A DNA stretch of 64,000 nt from NCBI GenBank assembly GCA_034432155.1, contig DAOUCP010000035.1:83036-147035 (forward strand), read 5' to 3'. The notes beneath the pieces were generated by a model. It worked only from the letters and a program-made list of their open reading frames with translations, ran no database searches and had not been told where the DNA came from. The position numbers and the translations under genes are program-made. This DNA comes from Anaerolineae bacterium. GTDB lineage: Bacteria > Chloroflexota > Anaerolineae > Epilineales > Epilineaceae. Below are positions 45,627 to 57,283 of this stretch, piece after piece; position 1 is the first letter of the stretch, and each line of letters opens with the position of its first letter.

Positions 45627-46145
45627 TTAGGTCGGCTCGTCCGACTCGTCACCCAGGTCGAGATCGAGCTCTTCGATGAAGTCGCGGAACACCTGGAGCT
45701 GATCGTCCTCGTCGCCTCGCTCCGGCTGCTCCTCCTCGTCCTCGGTGATCACCTGGCCGGCACGGTCCATCACGTCCTCGCTCACCAGGATCGGCACCTC
45801 GGCGCGAACGGCCAGTGCGATGGCGTCACTGGGACGGGAATCGACTTCGATCACCTCGCCGTCGCGGCGGAGGATGATCCGGGCGTAGAACGTTTCCTCG
45901 CGCAAGTCGCTCACCTCGATGCGCTCCACCGCTGCCCCTAAGTGCCCCACGAGGCCGCACAACAGGTCGTGCGTCATCGGCCGGCCCACTTGGGTGCGGT
46001 GCAGCCCCATGGTGATCGCCTCGGCCTCGAAGGGACCGATCCAGATCGGCAGGTAACGGGGGCCGCTCGCTTCGCGCAACACCACCAGCCGTTGCTGCTG
46101 ATTCATCAGGCTGACGCGAACACTCTCAACCACGACTTCGATCAT
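45627..46145 (-). CDS. Bifunctional nuclease domain protein (DUF151/BFN)
   Basis: VVLREASGPRYLPIWIGPFEAEAI...THDLL matches the BFN domain. Acidic C-tail. GGAGG RBS 7 nt upstream. First gene of the BFN-dnaB-dnaD-dnaI string. Confidence 0.75.
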   Translation of the reverse strand: MIEVVVESVRVSLMNQQQRLVVLREASGPRYLPIWIGPFEAEAITMGLHRTQVGRPMTHDLLCGLVGHLGAAVERIEVSDLREETFYARIILRRDGEVIEVDSRPSDAIALAVRAEVPILVSEDVMDRAGQVITEDEEEQPERGDEDDQLQVFRDFIEELDLDLGDESDEPT

Positions 46146-46185
46146 GCAGCCACTCCTTCCCGGCCAGGCGCGAAACCTGTGGCTC

Positions 46186-46195
46186 CATTATAGCA
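46186..46195 (-). promoter_or_regulatory. Extended -10 (TGcTATAAT) on the minus strand, upstream of the BFN-dnaB operon
   Basis: Plus-strand ccattatagcac reads as GTGCTATAATGG on the minus strand, about 40 nt upstream of the BFN ATG. A similar GTGCTATACT lies at about 47786-47797 upstream of the TlpA-like gene. Confidence 0.35.
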
Positions 46196-46401
46196 CCCCC
46201 TCGGGTGGTGCCCAACGCTCCTCCGGCGACTGGTAGGACGCGGCACCGCGGCCTATAATCGGGCTTTCGGTGCTTCGGCTTTCCGTACGGCCCGCTCTGC
46301 CCCGGGGCGGCCAGAGGGACAGCCGTCACGGGGCCGGCCCGTCCGCAAGACGTGCCGACCCAAGCCCCATTCCGGCAGACAACGCCAGTCAGGAGAACAG
46401 C

Positions 46402-46773
46402 GTGTGGAACTCGTTGCCCGGTCCCGCCACGGTGGTGCTGCAATTGGGCGCCATGCTGTGCGGCGCCGCTGTCGGGCTGCTCTACTTGAGCGCACTCGTA
46501 TGGACCGCTCGTGACATCCGCGCCCGCTCCCGGGACGGGCTCATTCGGCTGGCGGCCGTTCTCCTCGTCTTGCTGCTGAACGTCGTCGGCTTGGCCATCT
46601 ACGTGCTCTTGCGGCCCAGCGAGACGCTCGCGGAGCGGTACGAACGGGAGCTGATCGAGGAGGTGCTGGCCCGCGAGGTTGCTAGCCGGGTACGGCCTGT
46701 CTCCCGTCTCCAGGCCTCCCCTACCGGCCACCGGCCGTCGGTCGAGCAGCCCCCCACCGACGCTGCTCCGTAA
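46402..46773 (+). CDS. Small 2-TM membrane protein, PLD nuclease N-terminal-domain-like (PLDc_N)
   Basis: GTG at 46402 preceded by AGGAGA at a 5-nt spacing. Two TM helices ending ...NVVGLAIYVLLRP, resembling the PLDc_N family signature. A 5' leader of about 140 nt follows the TATAAT at 46254-46259. Confidence 0.5.
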   Translation: MWNSLPGPATVVLQLGAMLCGAAVGLLYLSALVWTARDIRARSRDGLIRLAAVLLVLLLNVVGLAIYVLLRPSETLAERYERELIEEVLAREVASRVRPVSRLQASPTGHRPSVEQPPTDAAP

Positions 46774-46844
46774 CCGCACTTCGGCCTTGCCAGAAGGCGA
46801 CCGCCAGGGGGAACGGCGGCCACGATCCGCATCAGGAGAGTGGG

Positions 46845-47630
46845 CTACGGCGGGCTGGCGGTGCCAGCAAGCCCCAACAGGCGGCGGACCTTGAGCTCGA
46901 GAGTGGCCCCGTTGGGGAACATGCCCGTGTGCAGGTCAACGACGGTACCCGAGGGATCCACGAAGTACGTTGCTGGCAGGCCGGCCACTGAGTAAGCGCG
47001 CTGCACTTCAATGCTGCTGTCCAAGTCGCCGAACAGGACGGGGAACGTCAGGGCCATCATCTCCACGAACGCAGAGACGGTGGCCGCGGCCCTGTCCTGG
47101 CTCACCTTCTCACCCGCGTTGACAGCCAGGACCTCCAGGCCCTGGTCCCGATAGGCATCGTAGACGGCCTGAATCCACGGCATCTCATGACGACAGGGTG
47201 GGCACCACGTCGCCCAGAAGTTGATCATGATCGGTTTGCCGGCCAGGTCGCGCAAGGTCACCGATTCCTCAGTCCCCAAGCGGGGCATGGTGAAATCGGG
47301 AGCCGGGTGGTAGAGCAGCGGATGGGCTGGCACCGGCAGATCAAGCGCCTGACTGGAGCCTGGGCTCTCGTCGAAGAACGACGGCGGCAGCACATCGCCG
47401 CCCGAGGCACCTGGCACCACCAGACCTTGTCCAGCGGCGGAAGGAACCGCCGCCGAGGCCTGGCTGCCCGATGCCTGGGGCCCTGCCGCTGCCGTGCGAC
47501 GGTTCGACATCGCGCGGCCGGCGATGAAGCCGACCGCCAGCACAGCAATCCCCAGGAGCGACACGGCGATCGGCTGCCAGCCGATCACGATCACTCGCCC
47601 TTGGTCGTCGTGTCCGGTTTCGTCTGCCAA
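46845..47630 (-). CDS. Membrane-anchored thioredoxin-like thiol:disulfide oxidoreductase (TlpA/ResA family)
   Basis: Signal anchor QPIAVSLLGIAVLAVGFIAG. Trx domain with active site NFWATWCPPC. In-frame TTG at 47630 preceded by GAGAGG. The track ORF extends to 47987. Confidence 0.7.
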   Translation of the reverse strand: MADETGHDDQGRVIVIGWQPIAVSLLGIAVLAVGFIAGRAMSNRRTAAAGPQASGSQASAAVPSAAGQGLVVPGASGGDVLPPSFFDESPGSSQALDLPVPAHPLLYHPAPDFTMPRLGTEESVTLRDLAGKPIMINFWATWCPPCRHEMPWIQAVYDAYRDQGLEVLAVNAGEKVSQDRAAATVSAFVEMMALTFPVLFGDLDSSIEVQRAYSVAGLPATYFVDPSGTVVDLHTGMFPNGATLELKVRRLLGLAGTASPP

Positions 47631-47825
47631 CGTGACCCTCTCGGTCCAGCGGCTCGAGGATCTGAGACCTGGCCGACCAGCCCAACGCGATGCCACCGAG
47701 CGAAGCCCGCGAACCCCTGGCTGGGCCGCAGGCCGCCACGGGCACCATCTCGCCCCTAGGATCCCCGGCAAGCGGAAAACAGCGTCGCAGTATAGCACAG
47801 GGATCGGCGCTGGCGGACGGGCCAG

Positions 47826-47854
47826 TTGGTGGCGCGCTTGCCCGCGCCTATAAT
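47826..47854 (+). promoter_or_regulatory. Putative promoter: -35 TTGGTG, 17-nt spacer, -10 TATAAT (47849-47854)
   Basis: Upstream of the GTG at 47889; RBS GGAGA is present. Confidence 0.45.
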
Positions 47855-47888
47855 CGGCGGCACCGACTTTCCCTAGGAGATTCCTTTC

Positions 47889-48767
47889 GTGACAACGCGC
47901 CTCCTGGCCGTCGCGTGGTTCGCATTGCTCCTCGGCGGCTGCCAAGCCACGCAACCTCCGCCGGGCAACACCACGGCCGGTCCGCAAGCCATTGAGGCTC
48001 CCCGGCCTCAGACCGGCACCGACGCCGCCGGCAACCCCCAGATGGCTACGCCGGGCGACGACTCGGCGGCCGCGACCACCTCACTCGAGGAGCCGACCTC
48101 GGACGAGGCCATGGTGGCGGCGACGGGCCAGCCGGTTGGCGAAGCCCAAGCCAGCCCGGCCATCACCCAGACGGAAGCTACGCCCGATCCGACCATCGTT
48201 GCCCTGGCGGCCAGCTTCGAGTTCCCTCGGCAAGGGCGGGCGGACGCCCCGCTGCAGATCTACGAGTTCTCGGACTACCTCTGTCCCTACTGCCGGAAGC
48301 TGGCTTTGGAGACGGTGCCCAAGGTGGTCAAGGATTACGTGAATACCGGCCAGGCGGCCATCACCTTCGTCGATTTCCCGCTCGTACAGCTCCACGGCTA
48401 CACCACGCTGGTCTGTCATGAGGCGGCCCATTGCGCGGGCGAAGAAGGCAAGTACTGGCCGATGCACGACGCTATCTTCCGGCAGGCTGAAAAGCTGGAC
48501 GCGGTGGGTGCCACCGATGAGGCCGCTGCCAGGGCAGTCCTGGTAGCGATGGCCCGACCCGCCGGCGTCGATCCGGATCGCCTGCGCATCTGCCTCGAGT
48601 CCGGCAAGTACCGACCGATCGTCGCCTCCATCATGCAGGATGCTGCCAATCACGGCGTGGAGATGACCCCCACGCTCCTGGTGGGCGATCAGACGGTGCC
48701 TGGCTACGTGCCGTACGAGCAGTTGAAGGCGCTGATCGACGAGCAGCTGGCCAAACAGAAGCCGTGA
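47889..48767 (+). CDS. DsbA-like thioredoxin-fold lipoprotein
   Basis: Lipobox ALLLGGC. Pro/Thr-rich linker. DsbA domain with active site CPYC (EFSDYLCPYCRKL). Confidence 0.75.
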   Translation: MTTRLLAVAWFALLLGGCQATQPPPGNTTAGPQAIEAPRPQTGTDAAGNPQMATPGDDSAAATTSLEEPTSDEAMVAATGQPVGEAQASPAITQTEATPDPTIVALAASFEFPRQGRADAPLQIYEFSDYLCPYCRKLALETVPKVVKDYVNTGQAAITFVDFPLVQLHGYTTLVCHEAAHCAGEEGKYWPMHDAIFRQAEKLDAVGATDEAAARAVLVAMARPAGVDPDRLRICLESGKYRPIVASIMQDAANHGVEMTPTLLVGDQTVPGYVPYEQLKALIDEQLAKQKP

Positions 48768-48768
48768 G

Positions 48769-50922
<2,154 letters not shown>

Positions 50923-50930
50923 CTACCTCG

Positions 50931-51821
50931 CTACCACAAGCTCGCGGCCAGCAACGCCCGATACTGCTGCGTCAGCTCGTGGTCGTCGCCGAGAACGCGA
51001 AAGACATCCACCATCGCCGATCGTGCCTGGTCGGCGGCGGCGCGATCTTCCCCCTGGATCACCACCAGCAAGCCCTCCAACGCCTCACGATAGGCGCCAC
51101 GCGCCGCCAACGCAGTGGCCAGGGCTAGGCGGGCGGCAACATCCGTGGGATTGGCGGACAGTCGCCGCCGCGCATCCACCTCGCCACCCGTGAGCGAGCT
51201 ATCCCTGCGAAAGCGCGCCTGCGCCAGCCACATCTCGGCTTCCGCACGCTCCGGACTGCGCTGCGGGACCGCCTCCAGCAACTTCGCTGCTGCCTCATAG
51301 TGCTCCGTCTGGAAAAGCACCCGGCCCAGGCCCAGCATGGCAGCCGGATGGTCGCTCTGCTCGGCCAGCGCTCGCCGGTAGCCTGCTTCGGCGGCCTCGA
51401 GGTCGCCGGCCAACTCACGGTCGCGGGCCGCTTGCGCCAGCCGATCGGCGACGCTCGGCAAGAGGCCCTTCAAGAACTCACGGACGGCCGACTCGGGCTG
51501 GTAGCCCACGAACTCCGCCACTACCCGGCCGTTCCGAAAGGCCTTGACCGCCGGTATGCCCTGGATGCCCCACTGCTGAGCCAAACTCGGATGCTCGTCG
51601 GTGTTCACCTTGACCAGCAACCACTCGCCGTGCGCTTCCTGGGCCAAACGCTCGAGCACAGGTCCCAGCATGCGGCACGGCCCACACCACGATGCCCAGA
51701 AATCGACCACCACCGGCACCGACTTCGAGCGCCGCAGTACTTTCTCCGCAAAGTCGGCGGTTCCCACATGCTCGACGGCAGCGCCACGGGCGCTCACCGA
51801 ACTCTCCTTATGCACCACCAT
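50931..51821 (-). CDS. Thioredoxin fused to C-terminal TPR domain (CnoX/YbbN-like)
   Basis: FWASWCGPCR active site, followed by TPR-like helical repeats. Likely start MVVHKESS at 51821. Confidence 0.75.
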   Translation of the reverse strand: MVVHKESSVSARGAAVEHVGTADFAEKVLRRSKSVPVVVDFWASWCGPCRMLGPVLERLAQEAHGEWLLVKVNTDEHPSLAQQWGIQGIPAVKAFRNGRVVAEFVGYQPESAVREFLKGLLPSVADRLAQAARDRELAGDLEAAEAGYRRALAEQSDHPAAMLGLGRVLFQTEHYEAAAKLLEAVPQRSPERAEAEMWLAQARFRRDSSLTGGEVDARRRLSANPTDVAARLALATALAARGAYREALEGLLVVIQGEDRAAADQARSAMVDVFRVLGDDHELTQQYRALLAASLW

Positions 51822-51875
51822 CCTCCCATCGAGTCGCGAGCCGGATGTCGGCCGGTCCGCCGGGCCCAAGTATAG

Positions 51876-53228
<1,353 letters not shown>

Positions 53229-53302
53229 CAGCCCAGGCGCCTGCCGCCTTGCGAGCTCGGGCGCCGTGCTCGCCGCGAACCGTGGGCCGGCGGCGGTGGG
53301 CG

Positions 53303-56300
53303 ATGGTGGCCTTCGCCAGCGCCATGCTGGGGACGCTGGCCGTCCCGCAGACGTCCCACCTTGCCGCCCAGGATGCACGCGGCATTCCCCCAGGAGCGCG
53401 TGGTGCTGCGCCGGAGGCACCTGTCGTGCCCCCGCTGCAAGTGCGCGCTGCTGCCCCGGAGGCACCCATCGTGCCCCCGCCACAAGTGCGCGCTGCTGCC
53501 CCGGACGCAAGGGGCCTGCCGCCCTGGCAGCTGCCTGGGCTTGTCCCTGGCGCGAAGAGCTTGTCTCCCGGACCCGCGAGGGGACGAGCAGCGCTGACAT
53601 GGAGCACCGGGAACCGTGGCCCAGACGCCATCACGAGCTGGCTCCTCGAGCTGGCCCAACCGTCCATCGCCGCTCAGCTGTTGGGCACGGGCCAGCCGCA
53701 TGAAGAAGGGAGGCTCGCCGGCCATGGGCAGCGAATCGAGCTGCGGCCAGCGCCCCAGGTGCTCGAGCTCTGGCGCCGACGACTGGTCCAGGAGCAGGCA
53801 CCCTATGTCTCGGCTGTCCAGGCCGCAGGCGGGCAGGTCATTGACTCATACCAGGTGGTGGTGAATGGCCTGCTGGTCCACGGCAGCCAGGCGCTGGCCA
53901 CCAAGCTGGCAGAGCTCGATGGTGTGGCTCGCATGTGGCCCGTGGTGCCGGTTGCGCCTCTGCTTGCCGAGTCGATGCCGCTCATTGGGGCCGATCGCGT
54001 CACCCAGGAGCTCGATCTCGACGGTGAGAACGTTGTGGTGGCCATCGCCGACTGCGGGATCGATTACTACCATGCGGCCTTCGGCGGCTCGGGCAGGCTG
54101 CGGGACTACGATCCGGACGACGAGAACGTAGTCGAACCCGGCACCTTCCCTACCGCTCGCGTCGTGGGAGGCTACGATTTCGCCGGCCAGCGTTACTCGC
54201 CCAACTGCGCCAGCCTGCCCTTTCGCTTGCCCGACTGCCACACCGAGCCCAGCCCGGACCCTGATCCGTTGGAGCCGCGAGAGCTGAACCACGGGACCCC
54301 CGTGGCCTCCATCCTGGCCGGACAAGCCACGGAGCGAGTGCCGGCTGGTGTAGCGCCCGCAGCGAAGCTGGTGGCCCTCAAGATCATGGGCAATCCCATC
54401 GGTGCACCGCCGGCCACCGATCTCCTGCCGAGCGCCCTGGAATGGGTAGTGGCCCACAATCTTGGCCTCGCCGTGCCGGGCATCGCACCGCCCCTGGCCA
54501 TCGACGTCCTCAACCTGAGCGTCGGCTATCCGTGGGCTGGTGGGCTGCCACCGATCGAGCGGGCCATCGACGCCGCGGTGGCCACTGGCATCACTGTCAT
54601 CGGGGCCAATGGCGACGGCGGTGACGTTCCGTTCATTGCCGGTCAGCCAGCGGCGGCGTCGCAGGTGCTGGCCGTTGGCGCTTCCGTCCCACCTGGCCGC
54701 GCCGAACAGGTCTTCGGCATTCGCGCCGAGTGGCCGGCCGGCGACGAGACGCGTCGCCTGACAGCCCCAGCCCTGGAAGCGGACTTCACGCCGACGTTGC
54801 GTCAGACAGGACCCATCACCCTGCCACTGGCTTACTACGGCCTGGCCTGTTCGGACGCAGAAGGCAGACCCGAGCCGCCCGCCCAGGATGTCGCCGGCCG
54901 CGTGGCACTCATTGCCCGTGGCACGTGCTCGTTCTATGACAAGTTGTGGAACGCCGCCAAGGCGGGTGCCCGAGCGGCCATCGTCTTCAGTGACGACCGC
55001 GATCCGGTGGTCATGTCGTGCCAGGCTCCCTCGGACTGCAGCCATGCACCGCCCCTGCCGGCGGTGATGATCCAGCGTCGGCCCGGCGTCACGCTGGCGG
55101 ACCTCTTGGCGGTCCAAACGCCGGTTACGGTGGGCATGGCAGCCGACCTGCTGGTCGATGAGGAGAACCTGACGGACATCGCAGCCAGTTACTCCAGCCG
55201 TGGCCCGGCCCGGAGCGGGGCCCTGAAGCCGCAACTCGTGGCTCCGGGCGCGGCCATCTTCGCGGCACGGGCCGGCGGCGGCACCTTCGGCGAGCGTCGC
55301 AGCGGCACGTCCATCGCTGCCCCGTTCGTCGCCGGGGCAGCTGCCGTTCTGCGCCAGCGCAGCCAGCGGGAACGGCTCCACTTGGAGCCCTTGGACATCG
55401 GCGCGCTCCTGGCCAACTACGCCGATGGCGTGGTGCGCATCGGCAACGCCGACACCGGTCCGGCGGCCCCGCCCGCGCTGGCAGGAGCAGGCCGTCTGAA
55501 TGTCTGGCGGAGTGCGCGCGGCGAGCTGCTGGTGCGCGCCGAGGCGAACGAGGGCATCAGCGACCTGGGCCTGGGTCTTGTCCACGTCGGCGATTCTCCG
55601 CTGACGCTTGTACGCCGGCTCACGGTGCGCAACCTGACGTCCCGGGCTCTTGCCTACCGCACGGACCTGGCGCTGCAGTATCCCGGCGAGGACGAGCGGC
55701 GGGGAGTGGAGTGGAGCGCGCCGGCCGAAGTGCGCTTGCCGCCGGGCGGGAGCGTACCTCTGACTGTCACTGTTCGGCTCGACCCGCTCGCTTTGCGACC
55801 GTGGGCCCTGCGCGGCTTCGGGACTCCTCTCGACACGGCCGTAGTGCAGCGACAGGAAGTCGATGGCAGCTTGATGCTCCGGCCGCTGGGCGACTCGGCG
55901 GGCGAGGACCGGACGGTACGCGTGCCCTTCCACGTTCTTCCCCGCCCCCATGCCTGTGTCGTTGGCGAGCCGCAAGGGTCGCTGCTCTTCCTTGCCCGTG
56001 GCCAGGCTCGATCCGAGACATGGCGCAACCTGTGCCCCGCGCCCGGCAGTGTGGAAGCCTTCCGCATTCTCGGACTGGACGGCGCCGAAGCCACCACACC
56101 GGACGCCGCGCGCAGCGACATCGATGCCGTGGCCGTTCGGTATGCCCCGAATCCGAATCGCGAGGGCGATTACCTCCTCGAATTCGCTATTCGGACCCGC
56201 GCGCCGAAGCGCCTGCCCCTGGAGGCAGAGCTCCTTGTCTACCTCGACATCGAGGCGGACGGAGCCTTCGACCGTGTGATTTTCAATCGTCTCGGGCGGC

Positions 56301-56896
56301 GGATCATCGGCCTGCCCGAGGTGGCCAACCGGTGGTTGGTGGCCCAGGCGCCGGTCATCTCCGGAACCCTGACGCCCGACTACGATGCCCTGAGCCTGGA
56401 CTTTTTCGCCCAGCGTTTCGATCTGGACGAGACGGTGACCGTCTTGCAGACCAGCGCGCGCGCCCTGGGTCTGGATCTGGAGTCAGCGGACGCGACCTTT
56501 GCGTTCGGCGTCGTAGCTACCGACAACAGCGGTGACTGGCCCATCACGGGGACGGAGCACGGTCAGGACCTGGCACCCGACGGCCTGGCCGAGGGCGCGC
56601 GCTACACCTTTCGCCGTCGCGAGCTGGACTGTCTCGACCTCGAGGGCGAGGCCGGCCAGGCAGCCCTGACGCCGGTCGGTGGCCTGAATCTCGAAGGTGG
56701 GAGCAGCGCCACGGTGGACATTCGCCTGCGTTGCGACGCCACTCCCCCTGGCGAGGCACTCGGCTTCCTGTTCAGCTATCCCGCGAACTGGCCGGCCGAG
56801 CGCCAATCCGAAGTGCGACTGTGGCGGCCCCTGGGTCGCGGCAATCCGCTCTACGCCCCCGAGCTGCGGCGCAACGCCGGCGCCAGCTTGCCCTGA
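53303..56896 (+). CDS. Secreted S8 subtilisin-like serine protease D (I9 + S8 + PA), paralog of A/B
   Basis: The in-frame ATG at 53303 follows the ahcY stop. An alternative start is the GTG at 53282 (VGRRRWAMVAF...). Motifs VVAIADCGIDYYH, NHGTPVASILAG, GTSIAAPFVAGAAAVL. PA domain GRVALIARGTCSFYDKLWNAAKAGARAAIVFSDD. Confidence 0.85.
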   Translation: MVAFASAMLGTLAVPQTSHLAAQDARGIPPGARGAAPEAPVVPPLQVRAAAPEAPIVPPPQVRAAAPDARGLPPWQLPGLVPGAKSLSPGPARGRAALTWSTGNRGPDAITSWLLELAQPSIAAQLLGTGQPHEEGRLAGHGQRIELRPAPQVLELWRRRLVQEQAPYVSAVQAAGGQVIDSYQVVVNGLLVHGSQALATKLAELDGVARMWPVVPVAPLLAESMPLIGADRVTQELDLDGENVVVAIADCGIDYYHAAFGGSGRLRDYDPDDENVVEPGTFPTARVVGGYDFAGQRYSPNCASLPFRLPDCHTEPSPDPDPLEPRELNHGTPVASILAGQATERVPAGVAPAAKLVALKIMGNPIGAPPATDLLPSALEWVVAHNLGLAVPGIAPPLAIDVLNLSVGYPWAGGLPPIERAIDAAVATGITVIGANGDGGDVPFIAGQPAAASQVLAVGASVPPGRAEQVFGIRAEWPAGDETRRLTAPALEADFTPTLRQTGPITLPLAYYGLACSDAEGRPEPPAQDVAGRVALIARGTCSFYDKLWNAAKAGARAAIVFSDDRDPVVMSCQAPSDCSHAPPLPAVMIQRRPGVTLADLLAVQTPVTVGMAADLLVDEENLTDIAASYSSRGPARSGALKPQLVAPGAAIFAARAGGGTFGERRSGTSIAAPFVAGAAAVLRQRSQRERLHLEPLDIGALLANYADGVVRIGNADTGPAAPPALAGAGRLNVWRSARGELLVRAEANEGISDLGLGLVHVGDSPLTLVRRLTVRNLTSRALAYRTDLALQYPGEDERRGVEWSAPAEVRLPPGGSVPLTVTVRLDPLALRPWALRGFGTPLDTAVVQRQEVDGSLMLRPLGDSAGEDRTVRVPFHVLPRPHACVVGEPQGSLLFLARGQARSETWRNLCPAPGSVEAFRILGLDGAEATTPDAARSDIDAVAVRYAPNPNREGDYLLEFAIRTRAPKRLPLEAELLVYLDIEADGAFDRVIFNRLGRRIIGLPEVANRWLVAQAPVISGTLTPDYDALSLDFFAQRFDLDETVTVLQTSARALGLDLESADATFAFGVVATDNSGDWPITGTEHGQDLAPDGLAEGARYTFRRRELDCLDLEGEAGQAALTPVGGLNLEGGSSATVDIRLRCDATPPGEALGFLFSYPANWPAERQSEVRLWRPLGRGNPLYAPELRRNAGASLP
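53405..53510 (+). repeat. About 2.3 x 45-nt in-frame tandem repeat (AAPEAPVVPPLQVRA) near the N-terminus of protease D
   Basis: Read directly in the sequence. Confidence 0.6.
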
Positions 56897-57283
56897 CGCA
56901 GAAGCTACCGCCTGGTCGCGCCCAGCCGGCGGGCCATACGCCTGCGGACCCGTAACAGACTACCGCATCGGGGGTACGTCTGGGGCACCATGACAGGCTG
57001 GCAACCGCGTTCGAGGGCCTGCTTGGTTCCGGGAGCTTCCGCACTCCGGGCCCCAGGTGGGGCCATGATCCAGCCCTTCGCACGGGCTTGTTGACCGCTG
57101 GCAGGACGTCTTTTCGCGCTTTGAGCAGGCAACAGGGGGCGCTCTTGGACCAGCGGCCGCCGGAGTGCTTTGCGCCTTGCTACGATCTGTGTTGGAATAG
57201 CCGCCGGAGCTACACACGCATGGCTTGCAAGAGGATCACCCAGCGCGTCAACGGCAAGGAGTACGACAAACCCCGCCGCGCCA

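Noticed and set aside
56960-57090. tRNA-like or structured RNA in the protease D / propeller gap (GGTTCCGGGAGC...CTCCGGGCC)
   Set aside because: The apparent stem is a direct repeat, not an inverted one. No cloverleaf could be drawn by hand. I cannot exclude small RNAs without a CM scan.
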